This document shows positions 29,750-49,714 of a DNA stretch of 64,000 nucleotides, piece after piece. Where the stretch lies: assembly GCF_009914755.1 (NCBI RefSeq), contig NC_060936.1; one strand, 5' to 3'. Made by a program: the position numbers and the translations under genes. Below the pieces are notes generated by a model, which was not told the DNA's origin, did no database searches, and was given only the letters and a program-made list of their open reading frames with translations. The stretch comes from the human T2T-CHM13v2.0 reference genome, Homo sapiens. Within the stretch, counting starts at the first letter, position 1. Each line of letters begins with the position of its first letter.

Positions 29750-32076
29750 AGAAATAGAATTGAGAGTCGCTCACTTTCCGTGATAAATGCTGAACAGGAA
29801 GAAAATATCCAATGTCCAGAACAACTGCAAATGTTGTCAGCAGCACAATAGGAGATCCTGACATTTCAGTGGCATTCTGACAGTTTCTATTCTGGTCAGA
29901 ATTCTCATAGATGTTTACAGTGACACTTTTCACTTAGGGAAGAGAGCTAAAAACAAGTACATATGAAATAAATATATTTAACTGGTAAATGGAGAGAAAA
30001 AAATAATGCCACAGATAACTAGACAAGGAAGGATGGAAAAAACAGAGAAGAAAAAAGGGAAAATAGGAAAAAGGGAGTGAAATGAGAAATAATCCAGTCA
30101 AAACTGTAAATGAATTAGATAAGAATCTCTGTAATCACTTTATATGTGGTTTCCATATTGAGATCTTGTCTTTCCTTGATGTTTGTATGACAGAGGAAAT
30201 CCAAGCCAAAAGCTCCTTTTGGAGACAAGAATATTCTGACAGCACCTCCTACGATGTGACAGAGTCAAAGAAGAAAATATACAAGAGAACTCTGCTATAG
30301 AAAATTACAAATTCAAACCATGGGAAAATGGGGAATAGAAAAATTATCTCTTTAGACAGAGAAAAGATTATAAATACTGAAAATTGTCATTTCTATAAAT
30401 GTCATTGCTCTTCTGTTTTACATTGTGTAAATATTTGGAAGAAAATGGCACAATTTTCTTTCAAAAAAAGGGAAACATTCAAAATATTTAAATTATATAT
30501 ATTATATATGTAACATGATCAGCAAGTCTGGAAACATAACGAAGTTTTATAGTATTGATTTATTCCTATCACTCTGAGATATGGTGACATTACATGATAT
30601 GTTCAACGTGTTGTTCCTCATTAGCAATGTGTTATGCATAATGGGGACCAACATGGGACATTAATACAACATTTCTATCAGTGCCTGCACATGCTTCTGT
30701 GATACGTTGCCTCCAATGATTTTTGTCTCTAATTTTCAGAATATAAACCTGCTCCATTAGCATTTTCTGGAAGAAGCAATCAAATGGGTTAATCTGTGAA
30801 AGTAAATGTTATCTATATTTCCCAACATTATGGCCATCCTGTATTAACGTATATTATGTATATTCTGAACTGCTCCATAATTGGAATAGTCATTCCTTAT
30901 CAATAATTTACTTGATATCATGGATATGTGTCTTTTAGTTAATGATCCCTTTGCCAACTAGCCTAGTTTATAGGCAGTGACTATATCATACTCATTTTGA
31001 ATTCCCAATACTTACCACAGCTTCCTATACATGGTAGTTGTTTAATAAATAATTCTTGAATAAAAATAAACTTTAAATATTTCCTTATTATTTAGCTTTC
31101 GAGTACATCTTGGATATTTGACACTTAAGCACATACCACCCAGATCCTTATTTCCTCTGATGGTTTTATCATAATAATTGCTCTGAGAGATTTTTCCAGT
31201 GAAGTCTTAGAGTTACCACATCTCTGCTTATGCTTTCCACCACTGAAAGATAGCTTTCTCCAGATTCTTCTTCTTTTTTTAAATGCTCACTTCTCTTCTA
31301 AGATATCTGGACCGAATGGGTTTCATTTTGTATTGCTTTCACGACAAAAGCCAAACTACTAAGTGAGGAAATAAACTGTTCAAAGTTTATACAAATTGTG
31401 AACGAGTGTATGAAAAAAATATTTTTCAGTGGAATTCAAATGACAAACATTTACTTAATGTAATCCAAAGTGACATAATAAAAGACAAAGAGTTTCATAC
31501 AGCAGGAGAATGGGCAGTTAATTCTGGCTGGGATGAAACGTGAGAAACTAATTGTACAAGCATATGCCACTTCAGCTGATTCTTGATAGAAAAATTTTAG
31601 CTGTAGAAATGGGCGGGATAAAGCATATCAGGTCAAATGAAACACAGCTGGAACACATAATAGGTGAAACAAGCAGCATCTAGCATAGAGAATTCGAAGC
31701 ACACAACAATCACTTCTAAAACAGAATTATCTTAGGGAATTTCGGTAAAAAAACTGGATTCTACTTTGAGATTTTGACAAAGATAGGCAGATAAAATCAA
31801 AGAAAAAAAAAAACGGAAAACAACCCTATTGCACATTATTGATTCCCAATATTCTTCTCTTTGCATCATGAGTCAGAATCTACCATTAAGGATAAACTCA
31901 GTTTCAGGCTCAACCTTTTTTCTTTTATTCAGTTTAATTTGTATCTGCATTTGGTCTTATGACTGCTGTAACAAACTGAAAGACCTCTTTTATGTAACTG
32001 CCATAATAACTTGCATGAACGCATGGCACCTGCCATTTTCAAATGCCTATGATAACATACATATCTGCCTTTGTAC
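29750..32076 (-). pseudogene. Putative heavily decayed Ly49/KLR-like gene relic (TM, stalk and three lectin-domain pseudo-exons)
   Basis: AG/GT-bounded segments 32076-31985 (92 nt), 31358-31137 (222), 30766/30748-30608 (159/141), 30248-30139 (110) and 29932 onward. They parallel KLRA1P exons of 90/237/143/107/163 nt and keep residual W/Y/C spacing and a C-x5-C-x-C motif. Confidence 0.45.
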
Positions 32077-32309
32077 CTAGGAAAATATCCATTATTCTCT
32101 GTCTAGAAAGATAATGGAAGATATCATAAAAAAGTCTCAGATGGATTTGAATATTCCCAACATCATGGCAGAAAAATATGATGTGAAATTTAATATGATT
32201 TTAATGTCCAAATAAGGAAAATCCCAATTTGTATACATTAGGTAAATTATAAGAAATTTTATTTTCCAAGTAGAAGAAAGATTATGGCAAAAATTCTAAA
32301 CAAATTAAC

Positions 32310-34070
32310 AGAATGTAAAAGACAGGCCACAGATTGGGAGACAATATTTGCAAAACAAACCATATTTTTAATCGGCAAAAGATTACCTATTGAGGAATAT
32401 TTTGGTTTTCTCTGGATTTTTTTCTCTTATAAAGCTAGTATAAACAGGTATAGAGAGACACCTCACAGATAGCAAATAAGCATATGAAAAGACATTAAAC
32501 ATCATATACCATTGCAAATTAAAAGAATGAGATACCACTACAAACCCATTAGCATGGTAAAAACTTAAAATACTGACAACCCAAATGCTGGAAAGGATGT
32601 AGAGCAACAGCTCCATTCTCATTCGTGACTGGTGGGAATGCAAAATAGTACAACCTCTGAAAGATAGTTTGGCAGGTGCTAAAAGAAAAATAAACATACA
32701 ATATGAGCCAGCAATCATACTCTTCGGTATTTATTTAAATGAGGTGATAGTTTAAATCCACAAAAAACCTGCACATGAATGTTTATAGAAGCTTTATTCA
32801 TAATTGCCAAAACTTGGAAGCAACCAACAGTCCTTCTCCAGGTGTGATCACCTGTCGTGGTACTTCCTGACAATGAAATATTATTCAGTAAAAAAACAAA
32901 TGAGGTATCAAGTTATAGAGTCATGGAGGAAACTTAAATGCATGCTGCTAAGTAAAATAAGCCAATCTGAAAATTCTGTATAAGATATGATTCCAACTAT
33001 ATGACATTCTGTAAAAGGCAAAACTATGGAGATGGTTAAAAAAAAAAATCAGTGTTTGCCAGGGCCTCAGAGAGAGGAAGGAGGAGAGGAATAGATGAAG
33101 CATAGGAGATTTTTAGGGCAATGAACCTATTCTTTACAGCACTGTAATGGTAGATATATGTCATGCATTTGTCAAAACCCATAGAATGTAAAATACAAAG
33201 AGTGAAACTAATATAAACCATGAACTTTACTTAGTAATAACATATCAATATTAGCTCATCAATTATAACAAATACACCACACTAATGCTAGATATTAATA
33301 GGAGAAACTGGGAGGAGGGTGAGTGAGTATATGGAAACTCTCTGTACTTTCCACTCAATTTTTCTGTAAAACTAAAACTGCTCAAAATTGTAATCTATTT
33401 AAAAAAAAATTCTAATGACATCACTATATACATATCAGGAGGGATAAAATTTAAAAATAACGACAACACCAAATGATGGCCAGTATGCAAAGAAAATGAA
33501 TCACTCATGGGTATACAAAATGTTACAGCCTCTTTGGAAAACAGTTTGGAAGTGTTTTATAAATCTAAACACGAACTACCATAGGACTCAGTAATTGCAT
33601 TCTTGGGCATTTATCTCAGATAAATTAAACATGTTATGTTCACACAAAAATGTCTATTCCTGTTCATAGCAGCTTTATTTGCAATAGCAAAAAAACAAAA
33701 CAAAACAAAAAACCCTGAAAACAACAAAATATTCCTCAATAGGTAAATGGTTAATCAAACTGTGATACATCCATACCTACTTGGCAATAAAAGGAACAAA
33801 TTATTGATACCTACAAAAACTTGTATAGATTTTCAGGAAATTACGTTGAGGTCACAGACCGTATGATTTCATTTACTTAACAGTCTTGAAATGATAAAAT
33901 TATAGAAACAGAGAAGGAGTCAGGAACAAGGAATGGAGAAAAGGAAGCAGGTGTGGCTCTAAAAGGGCAATAATAGGGAGCCTTGTGATAGAATCTCTCT
34001 GCATTTGTATCAATGTCAATAACTAAGTTGTGATATTATACCATGATTTTACAAGATGTTACCATTAGAG
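32310..34070 (+). mobile_element. L1MC/L1MD 3' fragments
   Basis: ORF2 C-terminus KRQATDWETIFAK and 3' UTR atgattccaactatatgacattctg...aaaactatggaga. Confidence 0.8.
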
Positions 34071-34071
34071 G

Positions 34072-34250
34072 TGCTTTGGTTTGAATGCTCCTTCCAAAAC
34101 TCAGTGTTGGAATTTAATAGCCACTGTGACATTATTGGGAGGTAAGACCTTGAAGAGTTGATTAAAGTCATGAGGACCTCAATCTTAAGAATAGATTAAT
34201 TCCCTCATGAGAGTGAGATCGTTATCTCAGGAGTGGTTCTGTTGTAAAAA

Positions 34251-34291
<41 letters not shown>

Positions 34292-34640
34292 CTCTCCATG
34301 TAATGCCTTCACCATGGGATGACCCTTGCCAGATGCCAGTGCCATGCTCTTGGACTTCCTTGGTTTATAGATGCATAACTACAATATTTTCCTCTGTCTT
34401 CACCCGGCATTCCCCTCTGTGTCTCTGTGTCTTTTCCTATCTCTTAAAAGAACATCCATCATTAGATTTAAGGACCCCTTAAGGCCCACCATAATCTAGC
34501 ATGATCTCATGATCTTTACCTTAATTACATATGCAAATACCCTTTTCCCAAATAAGGTCATAAATAAGGTCATGTTCACATTCTTCAGGGTGAGAACTGG
34601 AGCCTACCTTTTGGGGGACACAGTTTAACATGCTATACTA
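34072..34640. mobile_element. MaLR LTR fragments (MST-like on plus, MLT1-like on minus) with (CT)n
   Basis: tggtttgaatg...ccaaaactca...gccagtgccatgctcttggacttcc; then taattacatatgcaaatacccttttcccaaataaggtca. Confidence 0.7.
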
Positions 34641-35112
34641 CTGAATTAGAAACTCTGGAAGTGAGACTCATCAGGCTGTGTTTTCCAGGTGAATCCGATA
34701 CTTGATTCATGATAAATGTTTGAGGATATGGATAAGCTAATTACCCTGATTCCTGATTTGATCATTACACAGTGTATACATGTATTGAAACATCACACTG
34801 TACCCCATAAATATGTACAATTATTATGTGTCAATAAAAAATAAAATAAAACAAAAAAAAACCTATACAATAGTGTGAAATGCTGTTGGGATGCTGGCCT
34901 GTGGCCAAAGCTGGTTCTGGTAGTGTAACCAGGCAAGCCAGTGAAGAGTTCAAGGGTATGTACTGGTCAATATCAGTGGATCTTACTACTAGTTTCCAGT
35001 TTCTCAAAATTAGAAACTCTGGAAGTGAGACTCATCAGGCTGTGTTTTCCAGGTGAATCTGATGCTTGGCCACAGGCCAGCATCCCAACAGCATTTCACA
35101 CTATTGTATAGG

Positions 35113-36950
<1,838 letters not shown>

Positions 36951-37611
36951 TCTACTATGGGCAGGAGGCCAGTGGGCACATAGATGGAGGCTCAGCATCA
37001 CTGAACATTAGGGAGATGGGAATCAGAGTCACCACAGATAACTATCCAATCACAAGGTAAACAAGAGACAAAGAAAGGACCAAATAATCTATAAAACAAC
37101 CAGAAAGGAATAATAGAATGCTAATGCATGGTGGGCTTAATACCTAGGTCATGGGTAGATAGGTGCAGTAAACCACCATGGCACATGTTTACCTATGTAA
37201 CAAACCTGCACATCCTGCACATGAATCCCAGAACTTAGAAAATAAAAATAATAGAATGTCAGGACTAAATCCTCATCTATCAATAATAACCCTGAATGTA
37301 AATGTATTAAGTTCTCCAATTAAAAGATATAGAGTGCTAAATTGATTTTTTAAAGAATGACCTAACTTTATGCTTCCTGCAAGAGAAGTACTTCACCTGT
37401 AAGAGAAGCACTTCACCTGTAAGGACACAATAGACTGGAAGTAAAAGGATGAAAATGATATCCCAAGTGGAGACCAAATGAAGACAGGAGCAGCTGTATT
37501 TGTATCAGTTAACTAGGCTATAATTGAAAAACTATAAAAAGAGACAAAAATGGTCATTATGTAATTATAAAGAGGTCAATTCAGCAAGAGGATATAACAA
37601 TTATATAAATA

Positions 37612-39072
37612 CAGCTGGCCCTCTGCATTCACGAGTTCTACATCCACAGACTCAACCAACTACAGAACGAAAATATTTTTAAAAAAATATCCAATCTGTA
37701 CTGAATATATATAGTTTTTATTATTGTCATTATTCCCTAAACAATAAAGTATACCAAATATTTTACATTGTATTATGTTTATAAGTAATCTAGAGATGAT
37801 TTAATGCATACAGAAGGATGTACATAAGTTTATACAAATTCTATGCCATTTTATATCAGGTACTTGAGCATCAATGAATTTTGGTAGATGCAAGTAAGAG
37901 GTGAAGCCAGCTGGACTTCCTGGGTGGAGTGGGGACTTGGAGAACTTTTCTGTCTGCCTAAAGGTTTGTAAATGCACCAATCAGTGCTCTGTGTCTAGCT
38001 AAAGGTTTGTAAACGCACCAATCAGCACTCTGTAAAAACACACCAATCAGTGCTCTGTGTCTACCTAAATAGTTGTAAACACACCAATCAGCACTCTGTA
38101 AAAACGCATCAATCAGTGCTCTGTCTGGCTAAAGGTTTGTAAACGCACCAATCGGCACTCTGTAAAAATGCACCAATCAGCTCTCTGTGTCTAGCTAAAG
38201 GTTTGTAAATGCACCAATCAGTACTCTGTAAAAATGCACCAATCAGCACTCTGTGTCTAGCTAAAGGTTTGGAAACGCACCAATCAGTACTGTGTAAAAA
38301 TGCACCAATCAGCTCTCTGTGTCTAGCTAAAGGTTTGTAAATGCACCAATCAGCACTCTGTAAAAATGCACCAATCAGCTCTCTGTGTCTAGCTAAAGGT
38401 TTGTAAATGCACCAATCAGCACTCTGTAAAAATGCACCAATCAGCACTCTGTGTCTAGCTAAAGGTTTGTAAACACACCAATCAGCACTCTGTAAAAACG
38501 GACCAATCAGCACTCTGTAAAATGGAGCAATCAGTGCTCTGTAAAATGGACCAATTAGCAGGACATGGGCAGGGCCAAATAGGGAATAAAAGCTTGCCAT
38601 CATAGCCAGCAGCAGCAACCAGCTCAGGTACCCTTCCATGCTGTGGAAGATTTGTTCTTTCGCTCTTCACAATAAATCTTGCTGCTGCTCACTCTTTGGC
38701 TCCACATTACCTTTATGAGCTGCGAAGGTCTACGGCTTGACTCCTGAAGTCAGCAAGACCACGAACCCACCGGGAGCAACAAACACTGGATGGGCCACCT
38801 TTAAGAGCTATAACACTAACTGCGAAGTTCTGTGGTTTCAATCCTGAAGTCAAGCGAGACCACGAACCCACCGGAAGGAAGAAACTCCAGACACATCTGA
38901 ACATCTGAAGGAACAAACTCCGGACAGACCATCTTTAAGAACTGTTACACTCACCACGAGGGTCCATGGCTTCATTCTTGAAGTCAGCGAGACCAAGAAC
39001 CCACTGGAAGGTACCAATTCTGGACACACAAGGATTTCTGGAAACAATTCCCCAGTGATACTGAGAAACAAC
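37612..39072. mobile_element. MER2 (Tigger-type DNA transposon) split by LTR12
   Basis: cagctggccctctgcattcacgagttctacatccacagactcaaccaac... resumes after the LTR with ...ccccagtgatactgagaaacaact. Confidence 0.75.
37895..39028 (+). mobile_element. Solo LTR12 (ERV9 LTR, LTR12F-like)
   Basis: T(A)AGAGGTGAAGCCAGCTGGACTTCCTGGG...TTCTGGACACA; tandem CCAAT repeats at 37950-38560; 4-bp TSD CAAG. Confidence 0.93.
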
Positions 39073-40454
39073 TATATATATGCACTAAACAGTGGAACAC
39101 CTAAATATATAAAGCAAATATTATTAGATCCAAAGGGAGAGATAGACTGTAATACAATAATAGTAGCAGACTTCAACATCCCACTTCCTAAAATGGACAG
39201 ATCATCCACGCAGAAAATCAACCAAAATAAACCCATCAGGTTTAAACTGTACTCTAGATCAAATGGACCTAACAGATATTTACAAAACAGTCCAACCAAC
39301 AGCTGCAGAATACACATTCTTCTCATTAGCACTTGGAACTTTCTCCAGGATGTATTATATGTTAGAACACAAAACAGGTCTCAACAATTTCTTTTAAATA
39401 TCAAAATCATATCAAGTGTCTTTTCTGACCATAATATAATAAAAGTAGAAATTAGTAACAGGAGGAACTTGAAGAACAAATGGGTCAATAAATATATTTA
39501 AAAGGAAATTAAAAATATAGTGGGACAAACAAAAATGGAAACACAATATATCAAAACCTATGGGATACAATAAAAGGAGTTCTAAGAAGGAAATTTATAG
39601 CCTACATCAAAAAATTAGATCTCAAATAAACCAAACATTGCACCTCAAGGAATCAGAATAAACAAGAACTAAATCCAAAATTAAAAGGAACGACATATAA
39701 AGATAAAAAAAATGTGGCACATACACACCATGGAATACTATGCAGCCATAAAAAAGAATAGTTCGTGTCCTTTGCAGGGGCATGGATGAAGCTGGAAACC
39801 ATCATTCTCAGCAAACTAACACAGGAACAGAAAACCAAATATTCCATGTTCTCACTCATAAGTGGGAGCTGAACAATGAGAATACATGGACCTAGGGAGG
39901 GGAACATCACACACTGGGGCCTGTTGCGGGGTAGAGGGCAAGGGGAGGGAGAGCTTTAGGACAAATACCTAATGCACACAGGGCTTAAAACCTAGATGAT
40001 GGGCTGATGGGTGCAGGAAAGCACCATGGCACATGTATACCTATGTAACAAACCTGCATGTTCTGCACATGTATCCCAGAACTTAATACTTTTTTAAAAA
40101 AAAGAAACATAAACATTAAAGCAGAAATGAAAAAATAGAGACTAAAAAATACAGAAGATCAACAAAACAAAGTGTTAGTTTTCTGAAAAGATAAAATGAA
40201 CAAACCTTTTGCTAGACTAAGAAAACAGAGAAGATCGAAATGAATAAAATCAAAGATGAAAATGAAACATTACCACTGCGTATTTTTTAATCCATTTTTG
40301 ACGCTTCAACCTTTCCTGTTTCATGCTGAGATGAGATCATCACCACATCCTACTCTAGTCAAATAAGAAAATCTAATCTTGAGTTACAAATTTATTAAAA
40401 TTCTTTAATGATAGAATTTCTTTTCTATGGACACTGAAAAACTCTTCTCTACTG

Positions 40455-40822
40455 CTATATACCAAATATTTATGTCCCCCAAAAATTCATTTGTTGAAAC
40501 CTTATCCCCAGTGTGATGCTATTTGGAGATAGAGACTTTGGGAGGTGATTAGGTCATGGGGCTCGTGCCCTCATGAATGGGATTAGTGTCCTTATAAAAG
40601 AGATTCTAGAGAGCTCCCTTGCCTCTTCCTCCACTAGAGAACACAGCAAAGATGGGCATATGTGAAGCACAAAGCAGGCCCTCACCAGGTACTGAATTTG
40701 TTAGCACTTTGATCTTGGACTTCCCAGCCTCCAGAATTGCAAGAAATAAATTTCTGTTGTTCATAAGCTACCCAGTTTATGGTATTTTGTTATAGCATCC
40801 CAAACAGACTAAAACAACTATG
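40455..40822 (+). mobile_element. MLT1A-like MaLR LTR
   Basis: ccctcatgaatgggattagtgtccttataaaagag...gatcttggacttcccagcctccagaa. Confidence 0.85.
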
Positions 40823-41049
40823 TACCAAGAAACTGATATTTTAGTTCCCAGGACTATGCCATGGGTATAATTCATTCATTCATCAAATATTTATTTAGTG
40901 ACTACTGAGGAAAAGACCCTTTAATGCACTGTGGATACAACATATAAAAAACAAAGATCAATTTTAAGGTCTAGTAGAACACATAGATTAGTGGATGAGA
41001 CAGAACAAAACTTTAAAATACGTGAAGCAAAAAAAAAAAAAAAAATAAC

Positions 41050-46370
<5,321 letters not shown>

Positions 46371-46715
46371 TTTTGTAGCAAAACAAATGTTTTAAAAGAT
46401 GAGGTAACTTCTAGATGGGAAGAAAAAAATAACTACATTCTAGTTCACAACTGCTTTCAAAACCAGAAGATGCTGGAAAGAATGAATAATTCCTCAGGGA
46501 CATTAAAGGAAGGAACAACCACTCTCAAAAGAGAAAATCTCCTCTTCTCCAGGAAGAAAGATGGCATCTGATCTTTAAAGTCATAGTCCAAAATAATTTT
46601 CTTTTTCTTCCTGTTCATCTTTATCTTTTGAAGAATTAACTAAGTCCCACAGTTAAAAGCAATGATTTATAATCAGAAATTATTATGGGAAACAAAAAAA
46701 GAAAACATTCCATTT

Positions 46716-46878
46716 TCACCTTTTCTTCTTGGCGCACACCGAATCAGAGAAAATAGAGTCTATTCTCTTCCCACAGATACAATTGTACGTTTGAATGCAA
46801 TCAATAGTTGCCATTCTTGTTGAGGTCAAAAATGCACATTCTCCTCTCCCAGAAGAAAAACGCATTATTGTAGAATTA
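46716..46878 (-). pseudogene. KLRA1P: KLRA1P exon 7 coding part (lectin domain 3)
   Basis: ctacag|T NSTIMRFSSGRGECAFLTSTRMATIDCIQTYNCICGKRIDSIFSDSVCAKKKR* (163 nt). Confidence 0.92.
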
Positions 46879-47208
46879 CTGTAGAACAGAAAACATATGT
46901 AGTCAACTGTTTAATTCCAAAGCTTACAACTGCATAAACCATGATTTTAAAAAATTCTGCTGCCTAAATGTCTAGAATATGGAAATGCTTATCATAACTT
47001 CATCACTAAAATATTTTCTTTTGCTCTTAGTCCATTAAATAGAATCATGACCTCTTAATCACACCCACAATCTCCCATTTTATTCCACACTGACAATTTT
47101 TGGTCAGAAGGCAAAAGTACCTCGCAATATTGCAATGAAATTATGATATATTGCTTTCTTGTGCTAATTTTTTTTCAATAAAAGTGAGAGATTAAAAAAG
47201 AAAGATGG

Positions 47209-47517
<309 letters not shown>

Positions 47518-47589
47518 AGAGAGAGAGAGGAATTGAATATCTGTAACATAGATAACCAGGGCTCATGTATATATATTGTAAGAAGAAAA

Positions 47590-47697
47590 GGGAAGAATTG
47601 GAATATAGTCAGAGATGAGATTGTTCGATCGTGTTTTCTCTCCGGGAAGAACTGGAATATAGTCAGAGATGAGATTGTTCGATCGTGTTTTCTCTCC
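47590..47697. repeat. 54-bp tandem duplication
   Basis: gggaagaa(t/c)tggaatatagtcagagatgagattgttcgatcgtgttttctctcc x2, one mismatch. Confidence 0.95.
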
Positions 47698-49130
47698 TTT
47701 CCTCCCCCACCCTATAGCTAAGAGTTATTAGCTAATGACAATTCTTTGAAAAATATCTAAAGCATGACTTCTATTTTAGCAAAATGGTTAAGTGCCAGAA
47801 CTACCTTCCTATTAAAAACAATTTAAAATACTGAATAAAAAATATGTTAAGCCTTCTTGACTAACTTCATAAACTGTTAAGAAGCAGATTCATACTCAGG
47901 CTGAATATTAAGTAAAGGTGGGACTGCAGAAGGGCAAGTGAAGCACTGAAGATCGTTTTTCCCTTAATGGATGTAGTAGGCTGAAATGAATTCCACTCAA
48001 GATGGAGATTCTAAGTAGAAGATAAGCTACGTAGGACTGAGAACCCAAAGGGATATACATTCAGTATAAACCACCTAGAATTGTCTTGAACCTTGGATCT
48101 AAGCAGAAAAGCCCCCACTTAAGAACTCAAAATCAAAAAGCATCCGTATATGTTTGCATTTGCTGTATTACTTAAGAAAGTTCAAATCTGCTACAGGAAA
48201 ATAAAGAAACAGGTAAGGAAGATAAATGAAACCAAGTAGTTTGTGAGGCATAGGTAGAACTCACAAGATGTGTTAGGTGTGAACAGGTAAAATTAGTAAC
48301 ATATGAGATGTTAGATATAGATACGTAAGTAAAGTATGTGAGCACCGAACATAGACAAAAAAAGAAGGGACCAAATAGACACTAAACATACACAAAATAA
48401 ACATGAGGCTCATACAAACTCAACATTCTTGAGGTCTTAAATTCACCACCCGTTGGTGATACCCATTCTGGCCTCTGCCCAAGAAACACAAATTAAATCC
48501 ACAGCTGCTCATCAGGGTAACTGGAAACTTACAGCTGTGGCCAGGCTTACACATTCCTGTAAGAGAGAATCTTCCCTGTAGACAAACGTGTGTGCTGGCC
48601 ACAAAAACTTTGTGTCTGTTGGGACCCCTTACTCACACGACAAGATGGCCCCATATCATCATCAGGAGAGGATTATGCAGCAGAGAGAGTCAGGTCGTAT
48701 GAAGACTGCATAACCCAAGATTCACGGTTATGCACAACCCAAGATTCAGGGTGATCCCTTCACCCTGCACCTTATCCCAAGTGCATCAACTTATCCCATC
48801 TCTTTCCCTTTGAACTGTGCTATGGGTTTTACATTGGTTTAGCCAACTGTGATTTGATCATCTTAATTTGGCCTGTGAGCCTTTCTGTTCTCTGACCTCT
48901 GGAATAGTTTGCCTGGGAGTGTGCTTGAAGGATATGATTACATCAAGGTAATTCCTCTGTGTGACATCTTTTGCAGGTTTGCAGCCCAGAACTACAATAC
49001 TTGCAGAACCCACACTTAAAATTATAATAATTAGGATTTTTTAAAAGTCAATGAATAGTTTAACCATAACTAAATGTAAACCCAAGAGTTTACTAATAAT
49101 GTACTTCAAAATAGAAGGTCTATAGTGAAG

Positions 49131-49162
<32 letters not shown>

Positions 49163-49607
49163 ATATATAAAATACATATGTTTTATGTGCTATGTATGTA
49201 TAAACTAATTACATAAAGTAACTCAAAATAAATTTTTTGCATACTCAGAATACTCATTTGTGGTTGTGGGAGGGATCATTATGGCTGACTTAGGATGGTC
49301 CAATCACTTCATACCACCCACCTTCCTTTATGATTTTATTTCATTTTATGTACCTCATAATACATATTTCTGAGCACGTATTTAGCGTGATACTTTTAAA
49401 ATTATTATTAACTCTTTGTGGCTCATCTCTTCCTTTTCTACCTATACTTCCTAAAACACTCTTACCCATTGTTCTAATTGTTACTAAAGACTCCTGCTTA
49501 AAAATGAGTTAAACTGTGTGAAATGAGAAAAGATTCTCTTTAGACACAATCATTTCACCCCCGCCCCCCCACCAATGTTACAGTTTGAATGCTTTCCAGA
49601 CACTTAC

Positions 49608-49714
49608 ATTCCAGGAGATGTGCCATTATCAATCCATTTCCACTTACTTTCCCTTTCATCATATGATAATCCAATCCAGTAATTATTTTCATAAATCTGA
49701 GATTGAATGAAGGC
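49608..49714 (-). pseudogene. KLRA1P: KLRA1P exon 6 (lectin domain 2)
   Basis: ttatag|AFIQSQIYENNYWIGLSYDERESKWKWIDNGTSPG AT|gtaagt (107 nt, WIGL motif). Confidence 0.95.

Larger units (their letters stand above)
37040..40280 (+). mobile_element. L1 ORF2 (endonuclease region) hosting nested MER2, LTR12 and L1P 3' ends (37120-37250, 39700-40100)
   Basis: ORF 39055-39501 gives YIYALNSGTPKYIKQILLDPKGEIDCNTIIVADFNIPL (L1 endonuclease). Confidence 0.85.

Noticed and set aside
30783-30845. Plus-strand LICESKCYLYF...W..C lectin-like peptide
   Set aside because: Wrong motif spacing, no supporting exons on that strand, and it conflicts with the better minus-strand model.
38109-38639. 176-aa repeat-containing ORF
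   Set aside because: Antisense translation of the LTR12 66-bp tandem array.
48420-49010. Possible ERV-derived segment in KLRA1P intron 6
   Set aside because: Composition suggests a repeat, but I could not identify the family or termini.
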